The notes under the pieces were generated by a model. It ran no database searches, had not been told where the DNA came from, and saw only the letters and a program-made list of their open reading frames with translations. Below, piece after piece: positions 50,587-63,576 of a stretch of DNA of 64,000 bases. A program made the position numbers and the translations under genes. The stretch is from Cycas panzhihuaensis (Eukaryota; Plantae; Cycadophyta). Positions within the stretch are counted from its first letter, which is position 1, and each line of letters starts with the position of its first letter. The stretch is from positions 104,787,741-104,851,740 of the forward strand of contig CM041465.1 in the NCBI GenBank assembly GCA_023213395.1. Direction: 5' to 3'.

Positions 50587-51960
50587 TGTTAGCGAGTTGA
50601 GAAAGGATGGTAATTTGTTCTTTGTTTAGTAGTAGAATGTCTCACAAGAGAACACTCATGTATGTAACATTTGTAATTGAAGTCGTCCTCTAATAAAATT
50701 GTATCCATTCCATATTCTATATTTTGAATGTACCTTTCATGAAGACTTTGTGTTTGAATTACATATGCTATGTTGAGTATATAAATTCCTATAAAAGAGA
50801 AAAGATCTTGTTTCAAAGACCTAGTTCAGGGAAACCCTAGTCTATTTATGACTATAACTAAAGTAGATCATAGAATAGATAGCAGGTCTATGTTAGTTAG
50901 GTATTAGAGCTTGTTTTTGTAGTGAATTTATTGAAAGATATCGATTCAATAATCAAAGATGGATAGAAGGATGCTAAGAGGTGGATTAAATGCTATTATG
51001 CGAGAGTTCGAATCTTAAAAAGAATGTATTGCAAAGTTGAAATAAAAGATTAAGTAAAAGTGATATAGTTGATTCAAAATCAAAAGCTACTAGTGATAAC
51101 AATGAATAATCACCATAGGGAGTTCCTATTTATCCATTGAGGATATTGGGACAAATTTTAAAGGAAAATAAGAGGGGATCCACAATGATGGAAGTTCTAA
51201 ATTTTGTGGAAAGTGGAAAGTCGAAGAGTTGATTAATTGGATCAATTGCTCATGAGAAATACTTTGAATGGGAAGAACTGGACTCTAGAAAAGTAGAGTT
51301 TACAAGTGTGAAGTTGAATGGCCATGTTGTTATTTGGTGGGACTATTTGTAGAAAGATTAAGACATGGAATTCTATGAAGTCTAAGCTCTAGAAGAAATT
51401 TCTTTTGATAAGACATGAGTAAAGGTTGTTCAGATAATTCCAAAATCTAAGACAAAAGGATAAGAATGCATAAGAGTAGCACATTGACATGAAATGGTAA
51501 ACATAAGATTAAGACATGGAATTCTATTTAGTCTAATCTCTAAAAGAAATTTATTTTGACAGGATATAAGTAGAAGTTGTTTAGATAATTCCAAAATCTA
51601 AGACAAAAGGACAAAAGTGCATTAGAGTAGTACATGGACGAATTCTATAAGTTATCTATCATAAGTGGTCTTGATGACAGTGAGAAGCAATATGTTGTAA
51701 GATACTTGAAAGGGTTGAATTTGTAATTTAGGATGAGTTAATCTTACTGAATATGCAAATAATTAAGGAAGTTTATTAAATAACTTTAAAGGTTGAAATG
51801 AAGAATTCAAGAAAAGTAGGAAAGAGACCTATGAGGAAAAAAGAGTAAACTTTACGTAAAGGATTACAAGAGAAGAAAAGAAAGCAAATTTCCATTTAGA
51901 GGTTAAACAATAGAAGGAAGAAGTTAAGGCAGAGGTCAAGGGGCCAAATGTTTTGAGATC
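50587..51960 (+). mobile_element. Truncated Ty3/gypsy element: LTR (about 50587-50895), decayed PBS (50899-50910) and gag remnant
   Basis: TGTTAG start, TATA-like tataaa, ggtattagagc PBS. Gag remnant EELINWI..EKYFEWEE..RKVEFTSVKLNGHVVIWWDYL resembles chromovirus (CRM-like) gag. Confidence 0.7.
51357..51638 (+). repeat. Diverged tandem duplication with a 150-bp period inside gypsy gag
   Basis: gattaagacatggaattctat...agataattccaaaatctaagacaaaagga occurs at 51357 and 51507. Confidence 0.85.
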
Positions 51961-52061
51961 GAAGATACAAATTAAGGTGGTCATGCTAGCACTACTAAAA
52001 GAGATGAATCCAAAGGAGAGTAACATGGATTCAAGATTGATTTTAAAGGGAGGGAGTCCAT

Positions 52062-52217
52062 TGTAAATTCATCTAAGAATCATCAATGTAATATAACGAT
52101 CTTTAGTGGTGGGTTTTTTCTAAAAGGGTTTCCTACATAAATAGTGTACTATGTACCTGTGCTCTCTATTATTGCTTATTGTGTATGACCAAGACCATGT
52201 TTTCATGTTTCTTCATA
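52062..52217 (+). repeat. Partial LTR (R/U5 half) related to the E3/E8 family
   Basis: gtggtgggttttttctaaaagggtttcc...ttgtgtatgaccaaga...gtttcttcata matches the reverse complement of 52965-53140 and the E3 LTR. Confidence 0.7.
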
Positions 52218-52419
52218 ATAGCATTCAACAAACAATAGAGGAAGAAAGAACTAAAAGGATCCAAAACACTTGAACTAGTGAAAGAAAAAGCAAGTCACAT
52301 GAACCATTAATTCATCAGCACTTAGGTAAGAGAACCAAAAGGAGAACTTGAGGCTACACAGAAAGACATCATTCCTCTAGCACAACATCCTGTAATGAAA
52401 CACTGAGATCAAGACCAAG

Positions 52420-52960
52420 ACAGAAAGAACCAAGAGAAAGGAAGAATACACCCCAATATGAAAGAAGAACAGTAAAATCCCCAACCTTTAATGGTGAAAT
52501 AAAAAATGAAGAAGAAGCTAAAGCTTGACTTCTAAATATTGAAAAGTATTTTAGTTTGAATGACTTCCACTTAAATAAGAAGGTGAGGATAGTAATATAT
52601 AATCTTATTGAGAAAGCATCTTTGTTGTGGGAACACCACAAAAAAGTGAAAGGCTTTTGGGAGAAAGAATTAAGGTAGAGTAAATTTGTCAAGTACTCTA
52701 TAAACAAAAGCACCTTCCAGAGTAATATTATGATAAGAAAACAAAGGCTTTTCATGAATTGAAATAGGGCAAGAGAACAATTGATGATCATGAGAGGGAA
52801 TTCATGGAATTGTTATAATATGTACCTTATTATAGCAAAAGAAAGTGAAGATCCATAGGTTCATCAATAGGGTAAATGAAAGCATACAAAACATAATCAA
52901 AATGCTTGAACCTAAAACTTTAAAAGAGGCCATTTGAAAAGCCAAACATTGTGAGAATCA
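52420..52960 (+). pseudogene. Second Ty3/gypsy gag remnant
   Basis: KSPTFNGEIKNEEEAKA*LLNIEKYF...KKVRIVIYNLIEKASLLWEH...EPKTLKEAI, a retrotrans_gag-type motif. Interrupted by E8. Confidence 0.75.
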
Positions 52961-52964
52961 ATGG

Positions 52965-55900
52965 TGTGAAGAAACTTACATACATGCATATGTTCTGAGC
53001 TACAAGATCTTGATCATACACAACAAGCACAATAAAGAGCACAAGAAACACAATACACTAGATGTACGTGGAAAAACCCTTTCAAGTAAAAAAATCCACC
53101 ACAAAATATCGCTAGATCGCATTGATTCTTGATTCGATGAATATGCAATGGACTATGGGATATTTATAATCCCCCAAGTGGTGTCAACCCTTAAAGGTCA
53201 TGTCCTTTCATAAACTCGTACATTTTTATTAAACAATAACTAAACCCCATTTAACATTAATACAAGTGGCTTAGCATTAACTGCCACACTAACATCCCCC
53301 TTAATGTAAATGTGGAGATCAATTTGTAGTCTGAAATTATCACTAGTGAAGGCTGGCATTATCCTTGTTGATACATCCCCCCTTAAGGATAACTTCTCTA
53401 AGTCTCAATTTGAATGCTTGTAAAATGATTTTCAGTAAGTGTTTTGGTAAGCACATCCGCAAGCTACTCTTTACTCGAATAAAAGTCAACTTGTAACTTC
53501 CTTGCTTTGATCTATTTATGGATAGAATGGTGCTAAATCTCAATATGCTTTGTACATACATGAAACTCTAGATTGTTTGATAGAAGAATAGTGCTCTGGT
53601 TAACAACAAAAATAACTAAGATACTACAAGATATGCCAAAGATATCCAAAAGTCATTGCAACCATACAACTTCTCTCGCACTAATAATGAGTCATTGATA
53701 TTCAACCTATGAAGAAGATAGTGCTACTATTCGCTACTTCTTCGACGACCACGATATACATCCATTGCTAATATCAAATATATATCTAGCAATGGATTTT
53801 CGTTAATCAGAGTCTCCTCCCCAATCTGCATCAGTGTAACCTTGCAACTCTACATCTCCATCACGAAGGTACTCCAGACCAAGATTAAAAGTTTCCTTCA
53901 TATATTTTAGAATCCACTTTGCTTGAATCCAATGTGGTTCCTATGGATTCTGCATATACTGGGAGACTAATCCGATAGCATAAACAATGTCAGACCTAGT
54001 ATGAGTCAAATATATTAGACTCCCCACCATTTGTATGTACAACATTCTATCTATAGTAGGCTTTTACATATCTTTCAAAAGCTTTGTACCTTTGGTGCAT
54101 GGTGTTCGAATAGGTTTGCAGTCCTCCATCCTAAATTTCTCAAGAAGGTTCCTTGTATACTTAGTTTGTAATACCATAATTTTATTTTTCATCTACCTTA
54201 CCTTACTGCTTATGAAGTAATATAGAGGTTTGAGGTTTGTCATGTCGAAGGTAGCTCCAAATTGGATTTAACTTGCACAATAGTCTTATCACTGTTGCCA
54301 ACAATGATCAAATCATCAATGTATAACACTAACTATTATTGAAGTTCTACTCTTTTTAACATGTAGATTTAGCTCCAGATTTAGAGCAATAAATCCTTCT
54401 TCTTTTAAACTGACATTGATTTTTGCATACCAAGCACGTGGTGCTTGGTTCAAGCCATAGAGTGATTTCTTCAGTTGGCACACAAGATTCTTGTGACCTT
54501 CCTTAACAAAACCAAGAGATTACACCATATAAATCTCTTTTTTCAACTCTCCATTAAGGAATGTTGATTTTACATCTATTTGATGTACCTCCCAACTATA
54601 TTTTGCTACCAAAGAAATGATCAAATAAACCATTGTCATCTTGAAGACTGGTACAAATGTCTTTTCATACTCAATCCATTCCTTTTGCTTAAACCCTTGC
54701 GCAACCGTCTAGTCTTGTACCTATCCACCTCTCTATTGGAGTGGAACATACGCATTTACAACCAACAAGGATTTTCTTAAGAGGCATCGAAACTGACTCC
54801 CAAGTGCCATTTTTTATGAAAGAACTATATTCCTCCTCCATTGCAACTTTCCAACAAGGATCATCTTTTGCTTCATCAAACGAAGATGGGTCTAGGGAGT
54901 TTGTGGTATCCACCACCAAAGTCTGACTGACATGCTGACTTTTTGTTCCCTGTTCATCTGAAAGATTTTGCAACATCACACCAGAGTCTTGAATCATTTT
55001 CCTGACCCACAATGGCATAGAAACACCCAGTGTTGAAGATGCTTCTACACATGATTGCTCTTGATTATTACATGCACCACTCGATCCTTCTTCCCTCTAA
55101 ATCATAGTGGGTGGTTCATCGTCCTTTGTCATTGATAAAGCATCATCAAGAAATGGAAGTAATGGGGAGTAAAAGAATTATTTAGACAGTGACTTCTCAA
55201 CATAATATGTTAAAGACTCATTAAATACTATGTCCCAACTAATCACAAGTTTTCCTCTTTATGAATCGTAAGCTTTATTTTTGACCTGAGTACCTCACAA
55301 AAATATACTTCAAACTTTTGCAATCTAACTTCTTGTGACTATCGTCTAAAATATGTGCATATGCAATGCACCCCAATGTCTTTAAGTCATCAATGATAGG
55401 TTTACGACCAGTCCATTTTTCTTCAAGGTGTATGCCATGAATTGTTTTTGTTAGCACCCTATTCAGGATATAAATGATAGTCCCAACATCTTCTGCCCAA
55501 AACTTAGGCGACAAGTTTTTAGCATGCACTATATACCTTGCCATTCCCATCATGGTATAAATCTTCATCTTTACAACATTGTTTTGTTATGGGGGTATAC
55601 GGGACTGTGAATTCCTACTTTATACCATGACTTAGAACTTATTGAAAATATTATTGTTATAGTCCTTAATGTTTATTTTCTTATCATATTTATTCTCGAC
55701 ATGTACCTTCCATTCATGAAAGCGATCAAACACTTCAAAGTTATTTTTTAGAAAATATACCCAAGTCTTCCTAGTATAATCATCAACAAACATTGAAGTA
55801 GAGCGAGCTCTAGATATGGAAGGGTTTGGAAAAGGACCTATCACATTAGAATGCATGAGCTCCAACTTCTCATTGGCTCTCCAAGCACGATCCCAAGCAA

Positions 55901-58285
55901 AAGGATAGCGATGATGCTTCCCATACATATGCCCTTCATATAACCTTCTAAGCATGACACATGGGATAAACCTTCCACCATCTTCAATCTATTTGTTACT
56001 GTTATGATTTTGTAATTAAGGTGCCCAAGGAGTTCATACAAAAGTTTACTCAAGTCATCAACGCTGGCAATGAAGGCATAAGACCAATTTTAGGATTAAA
56101 ATTTCACAAATACACGTAAATTATCCTTCACTTTTCCAGTGGCAATGACAAAGAAATTATGTTTTAGGTCCTTAATCAAGCATCTATCTTTGTAAAGCTC
56201 AACCTTCATACATTGTTTGTAGATTTCTCAGGCTGATAGAAGGTTCATTTGTATCTTAGGCATATAGTACATGCTTTTGGACTTTCCTCCTGCAAGTGAA
56301 ATAGAGACAACACCTTCAACAGATAACACACTTGCATCTCCAAGAATGATTTTAAATTCACTTGGGCTAACATTTCATGCGTCAAAGTTTTGCTTCTAAA
56401 ATGAAATGTGCTTTTGTGCTCCTGAATCTAGAATCCAATAGTCTTTGTGATTTGGCTTGGCTGACAAAGCCGATACCCTAGCATAGAAAGTTGCAACACC
56501 CTTTCCTTTCTCATCCTTTCTTACTTTGTACATGTCCTATTGTTTAAATCAATAATTCTTCTCTTTGTGGCCATCCTTCTTGCAGTAAGTACATTTGCCA
56601 ATGAACTTCTTCTTTTGCTAAGTTTCTTCTCCTGATTTTTGTGTAGACTTTCCTTCTTGAATAACATATGTCCTTTGTGTCTTCATGACCAAGGCTTAAG
56701 TTGAATTGGAACCTCCAAGCAAGCCATGGTGCTTCAACTTAGCATCCTTGGCTAGAATAAGACTTTTCATCTTCTCAAATGACTAACCTTTCATTACCTC
56801 ATCTTTCGCATAGATGGTCTGAAAGGTTTCAAATGCAGCTGGTAGTTTTGATATAACTAATGCAAACAATAACTCGTCATCAAGTGAGCTTGACTTAATT
56901 TCTTCCATCTTGTTCCTCAAATTAGTTACTTTGTTTAGATAGGCGCTTATGGTGCTTTCGTCTTCTACAATGGCATTTAGAATCTCCATCATTAAAACAA
57001 CACAATGATTCATCTTCTTTTTTGGAATGTCTTGCACAACTTTGTCCATATTTGCACAATTTCAATAGCCCAACAACCACACAACTTTTTCTTTTAATGA
57101 GTTTGTTCATTTGAATTAACGGAATAGAAAGGAGCTCATCCTTGACGATTCCCCAAAGTTGATTCAACATTAACACTAATTCCATATTAGCCTTCCACTC
57201 GCTAAAGTTATTCCCATTGAAAATAACCTGAGGCATCATCATCTCCATGAGAAATGGGCTGATACAAGTTGAATTTCACCAAACTTTTGCCGCATAGTCT
57301 TATGGATGAAACAACTGCTTCACTGCTTGTTCTTTGTTTACTAGTATATATGCCAATGCACTAGGTCTCAAGAGTTTTTATCAATAGCTTTAAAGATCAC
57401 CAAAATCACTTGAAAAACAACCCAACAAATGTTTCAAACACAAGAATTATAATGTATCGATAGTGGGAATGGCATATAAGTTTAAATCTATGATGAACAC
57501 ATTATAAATAGGCTCCAATTTCAAGAAATATCACCAAGTATCCAATGTGCAACATAAAAAGTGCAATGTGTTGGTGTAAAAAATGCAACAATATAAATAT
57601 CAATATTAGAATATGCTAAAGGCATATTCTAAAGGTTGCCAGCTATCCAAAAATTTGTGCAATTTTTGCAAAGCAACACGTGATTAAAAATAATCACAAA
57701 ATTTGATATTTATGATAAATTAAGGTTAACAAACTTTAATAATATCAATATAGTTGTGTCAAGTGACGGCTCCAATAAATGTCATATGAAGTGCATCAAC
57801 CTTCCATGAAAAGATACGACCTGCACTGGTCATCCACGGTCTTCTGGATGATAATCTTCACCTTGTGTTCTCAAAAATCCACCAACCAGCTAGTATTCAC
57901 ATCAACAAACGACTTTTATAGCCTTATGCTTTCATCTACAACTCCATACGAAATAAATGAGTAGTCCAAAGAGGATAAAAGTTGCCCAACTTCAACATCA
58001 ACTTCAATATTCAACATAAACTATCTTCTACAGCTTCAAAGATTGCCCAACACCTTTCTTATGGACAAAAAAGCACCATTCATAGATTCAATATCATTAA
58101 TAAGTAATGTATTACAATGTTCTAATGTTAAATAATAAATTTAATACCCAATGATGTTGAATGCCCAATACTATCAAATGAAGTCCAACACTATTAGATC
58201 GCCTACAAATTATGCCCAACTGGCTTTAGGAAGTGCGCAACACACCCAACTAGCTTCAAATGGCTTCAAAATAAGCCCAACTTAG
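52965..58285 (-). mobile_element. Ty1/copia element E8 (E3 family), 5' LTR not in window
   Basis: 3' LTR 52965-53294, PPT 53295-53304, gag-pol collinear with E3. The right boundary is approximate. Confidence 0.85.
53343..57248 (-). pseudogene. Decayed gag-pol of E8
   Basis: MEMMMPQVIFNGNNFSEWK gag, CTYCKKDGH knuckle, WILDSGAQKH protease, integrase, RT and RNase H fragments. Confidence 0.9.
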
Positions 58286-59593
58286 TCTAAAATGTGCCTA
58301 TTTCCCGACTTCCAAAAATGGACTTGGATATGATGACAAACATGTAAGTATAAGTATGCTTCTCAACTATTTTTACACCTCGTTGATTCATTATGTTATG
58401 AGTTTGGATAGTTGGTGTATGTTTTGTTGCTTTCTTGGATGCTTGTCCATGCTCATTCTCTATCAATGACGAGTACAACTTTGGTCCATGGCGGTTTAGT
58501 CCATCCATCAGACTTTCTAGGCTAGAAACGATGTCATCCCCCTAGTTGCGACTTTGTTTCTATTTTATTTTTTATCCTATTTTTGCCCATTGGGCTTCGT
58601 TTTTACTTCCTTGCCACTTGTTGTTGACTGTATCTGCCCCTAGGGTCTACCATTAGTGAGTTTTTGGTTTGATTGCATGATTATTTTATGTAAAAATCTA
58701 AATTGTTTCCATATCGTGCTGATTTCTATCTGCAACAATGGTACTGTGAATTACTTCGCGGTATGACTATCACCAACCTAGATTCGAGATTTTCTATGAC
58801 AATCAACTCATTAATGAGTAATGACTTATTGTCAGACTTGGGCAAACCATGCTAGCCCTAGGTCGGGCCATGTCAGATTTGGAAGGCCCAAGAGGCCCAA
58901 ATCTTACTCTTCCCAAGTCAATTTCATCAAACCATAAGAAAAACTCATGGTTTTGGGTTGATGGCTTTCCCACATTTTAGATGGTTTTCCCTCATGGTTT
59001 TGAGATTATGTTACCTTCCCATCATGCTGCTAAAATTTTTCTAAAATCTTAGCAACTTGATCTATTCTACTAGCACCCATTTGGAGATTGCAAGCACAAT
59101 GCTAAAGATAACTTTAGAAGTCCTTGAAAGAAATGAATAGTAACCATAACCATCGATTCTCCTAAAGGTATAGGTAATCCACTTCTTTTTGTTATGGTAA
59201 TTCATTTCTTCTCCATTTGTTTCCATCTTCATACCATGTTTGTGTGATTGAATGGTAAGACATGCTAGTTAGTTTTCTTTGTGTTTCATAATTTCTCTTA
59301 ATCTAATAGGTGGATGTTTGCTATTTTTTCCCATTTGTTGCTTCACCCATTGTTTCAAAAAGTTACAAAATAGGGGATGGCACCTAAGTACACTTAAGGA
59401 GCCCTTGTTGTATTGGGGGATGATAGCCATTATGAGGCGCCTCCACCAATCCCGTTTGTCTTATTTCATAGCTTAGAAATAGTATCTTGACTTTGAAGGA
59501 ATTTGCTTGTTATTGCTTGGGAGACATATATGCTTGTAGTATTGGATTCCTTGTAGGATCACTTGTCTTGTAGGCCACTAACTCATGTGTAGG

Positions 59594-62333
59594 TGTTAAA
59601 ACCTTCATTCCTAAGTATTAAGTCTTGACCTTGTGTATTAATATTTTTGTCACTTTAGGCCCTTTATCCTAAAGTGTTTATTTGTTGATTTATAAAATTG
59701 TCTTTTGTCTTGTAGTGACTTTTCTCACATGTGCTTGTGAGAAGTCTAACTTTTGTGGACTCTATCCTTATCCTTGGAGATAGAAGAGTCCTAATCAGAT
59801 TTGGCTCATAGTATTGATCAATGACATGTGTTGAAATCCTGATTGTCCAAACTCCTTTATAAGGAGCCCTATTCTCATGTTTTGGCATGTAGTATTTTTG
59901 AGTAAGAGTTATGTTATGCTGCTGTAAGTGTCTCTTGTAGGTGAAGTGTTGAGAGGAATTCTCCTTCATACTTGTATGTTGTGATAGGTTGAGTTGAGGT
60001 GCAATACTCTTTCCTATCATTTTTTATGTTGTACTACATCATTTTTTTAATCTAAGTGTATTGTCCTTCATATTTCGATGTCCTCTCTAGCTTATCAATA
60101 GATTCTGGCTCCTGTAGCGTCTCCATTCGGTCTTTCAATTTGGTATCAGAGTTTACGACATCTTGAGGAGCGAATTGGTGGCTTCGAATTTCTCCAAATC
60201 TGGTGATGACCTTCACCATATAAATGCGATCCAGTTGGAGCAAGGAATAATTTCTTGAAGTTTGACGCTGAAGGACTTTGTTTACACTAGTACCTTACAA
60301 ATTTTTTTAAGAATCGTTGATGTAAAGTGTTGCATATTTGCACTTTTTGGAGGATTAATTTTGTGGCCAGAAAAATGGTTGGTGATATTAAGTTTGCAGG
60401 CATTTGGAGCTAATTTTCTTGTGTTCTTACACAAGATCAAAGTTGTGTTACAAGTTTTGCAACTTGTTGGCAAAGTCTGATGGTACTATTGAGCGACATA
60501 AGGCTCGCCTTGTTGCTAAAGGGTTCAAACAGCAAGAAGGCATTGACTATACCGAGACATTTGCACCAGTAGCCAATATGAATACCATCAGGATTGTTAT
60601 GGCCTTAGTTGCCCAATGCCAATGGCCATTGTATCAGATGGATGTCAAAAGCGCCTTTCTCAACGACGATTTGACTGAGGAGGTCTACCTGGAACAACCT
60701 CCTGGTTATATTTCTGTCGGCAATGAACATCTTGTCTATCGCTTTAAAAAGGCCTTGTATGGTCTAAAACAAGCGCCACATGCTTGGTATTCAAAGATCG
60801 ATAACTACTTTTTGCAGCACAATTTTCATTGATCCACATCAAATTCGAACCTATATATCAAGGTTCAAAACCAACACATCACAATTGTTGTTCTTTATGT
60901 TGATGATTTAATTATCACAGGCAATGATGTAAATCTGATTAAGCGTCTCCAAAGGGACCTGAAAAGAAGTTTTGAGATGATAGATCTTGGACTTCTTCAC
61001 TATTTTCTTGGCATGGAAGTGTGACAGCAGCCAGGTTACATTTTCATTTCTCAAGCCAAATATACATGGAACATTTTGCAGCAATTCAAAATGGATGACT
61101 GCAAACCTTCACCAATGTCCATGGAGACAGGTACAAAATTGTCGATGAATGAAGAAGGAAAACCTGTTGATTCCACCCTTTTCAAGCAACTAGTGGGTAG
61201 TCTCATCTACTTGATTAACACTAGACCTGACATATGATCAGCCCCAATCAGCAACACTGGAATGCTGCAAAACGCATCCTCAGATACCTCAAAGGTACTT
61301 TGCAGTATGGTCTTTAGTACACACGTAATGAGAACTTTACACTGGAAGGGTTTTCAGATTCAGATTGGGCTAGATGCCAAGATAGCTGAAAATCTACCTC
61401 AAGGTATTGTTTCAACCTTGAGTCAGCTATTGTTTCATTTCCTCCACTAAAGCAGAATACAAAGCTGCCGTCAGCGCAGCATGTAAGGCTATTTGGCTCA
61501 GATAGATCCTTGAAGAGCTTGGACTTGAGAAAACACTCCCAACGCCATTGTATTGTGACAATCAGAGTGTTATCAAGATTGCCAGGAATCTAGTATTTCA
61601 TGCACACACCAAGCATATTGAGGTCCATCACTATTTTATCAGAGAGCATGTGCAACAAGGTGAAATCGACCTCGTCTACAAGCTGACCGATCATCATCTT
61701 GTCGACATCTTCACCAAGCCACTTGGGAAAGAGCAGTTCGAGCATTTCAGAAGCGGCCTCGGCATTCAACTTAATGCTGTATCCATTCAGGGGGAGTGTT
61801 AGAACCTTCATTCCTAAGCATTAAGTCTTGACCTTGTGTATTAATATTTTTGTCACTTTAGGCCCTTTATCCTAAAGTGTTCATTTGTTGATTTATAAAA
61901 TTGTATTTTGTCTTGTAGTGACTTTTCTCACATGTGCTTGTGAGAAATCAACTTTTGTGGGCTTTATCCTTATCCTTGGAGATAGAAGAGTCCTAATCGG
62001 ATTTGACTGTTAGTGTTGATCAGTGATATGTGTTGAAATCCTGATCGTCCAAACTCCTTTATAAGGAGCCCTATTCTCATGTTTTGGCATGTAGTATTTT
62101 GAGTAAGAGTTATGCTGCTATAAGTGTCTCTTGTAGGTGAAGTGTTGAAAGGAATTCTCCTTCATACTTGTATGTTGTGATAGGTTGAGTTGAGGTGCAA
62201 TACTCCTCCCTATCATCTTTTATGTTGTACTACATCATTTCTTTAATCTAAGTGTATTGTCCTTCATATTTCGATGTCCTCTCTAGCTTCTCAACAGATT
62301 CTGGCTCCTATATCGTCTCCATTTCGTCTTTCA
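59594..62333 (+). mobile_element. 2.74-kb internally deleted Ty1/copia element E9 (RT-RNase H only)
   Basis: LTRs 59594-60137 and 61797-62333 (about 95% identical by eye). PBS TGGTATCAGAG 60141-60151. PPT agggggag 61789-61796. Perfect TSD GTAGG (59589-59593 / 62334-62338). Confidence 0.96.
60472..61802 (+). pseudogene. RT-RNase H remnant of E9
   Basis: [49 protein letters not shown]. Contains stops and small deletions near 61234 and 61437. Confidence 0.92.
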
Positions 62334-63576
62334 GTAGGAAGGGAGAAAACTCTACAAGATCATCAAGTAATACATATTCTCCAAGTAATTCCTAGCAATC
62401 TTACATTTTAGCCATCATTTTAAGGAGGTAAGGTCAATACCTTGTTTCCATCATTTCTTCCATTTTTTGGGTTTTCTATCATACACTTTTTTCTCATCAT
62501 AGCGCATTCAGCAAGCAAAAATGCTACTAAAATTTCTTTAGAATTAGCTAGTAATGCCCTTGCTCCTTTTTTTTACTCCATTGGAAACATATTTGATGCG
62601 TTAAAGAGGAGATTCGAGCTACTACAACTATCATACCACCACGTCTGCCTTTTTGGGCTTTAATGTGTTGTTATCTTCTTTGTTTTCTTTAAAAAGAAAA
62701 CAGAACAAAAGAAAGAAAGAAAGAAAGAAAGAAAAGAAAGGGAAAAGGGACTTGCATTGATTTTGCATAGAAGGGAAAGGTAAAAAAGGGAAATAGACTA
62801 GTTCATTCATTCATCTTCTATTCCCCTCTCTCCCTTTTATTTCATATCCAAAGAAAAAGAAAAAAAAAAAAAAGACGTTTTTTTAACTTTCTTGCTTCCA
62901 TCATTTGCATGTGCATTGGATTCATAGTGGGAGTAAGAAATTGAATTTGTCGCCTGCCTTTAGTATAAAACCCAAGGCGGGAAGAGGGATCGTGTTATTG
63001 TGAGTCTCAAATCGGCGAGAGGACATACAACAAAAGCTAGGATTATGGTAGCGATTATTTTCATTCAAAACAAAAAACATATAGTTTGCATTAGGTGTAT
63101 GTGATGTCTTTCCCTTAGTCAGCCCTAAGTTTTGGTAAGATCAACAAAAAAATTTGTTATAACACCACTATGGACCAACCCCGACACACACTATTCGCCC
63201 TTAGTTTAACTTCCAAGATCATTCGCTTAAGTCCTTTTGCAATAGCACTCAAGAAGCACATGGATGCCTAGGTGAGTGACATAGGATTTGTTTACCCTCG
63301 CGAGGTCATTGCACCCTAGGTCTTAGCCGTAAACCAAAGGTGTAGCAATCTTATCCCACCGACCTTTCAGCGTGTTTCAATGCTAAAATCTGATTTTTGA
63401 CCTTGAACAATGCCACAACCTTATTGATAGGTGAAATTGACCTCTTCAATCACCATTACTTATTGTGTCACTCTTCCGATTGTTGGAGAAAAATAAGAAT
63501 CAACAAAACATGACTCTACCAGTGTTACCTAACAACCCTTGATCTTATCACGTCCACCCAATCACGCCTTAGCTAT

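Larger units (their letters stand above)
58532..63576 (+). mobile_element. Possible long gypsy-type (Tat/Ogre/Athila-like) LTR hosting E9 and cut by E10
   Basis: TGTCATCCCC start. Non-coding sequence continues across the E9 TSD, with A-rich tracts and ttgcat motifs. No partner LTR or coding region, so this rests on resemblance only. Confidence 0.35.

Noticed and set aside
59664-60020. 118-aa antisense ORF in the E9 LTR
   Set aside because: It is not preserved as an equivalent ORF in the sister LTR and has no recognisable domain.
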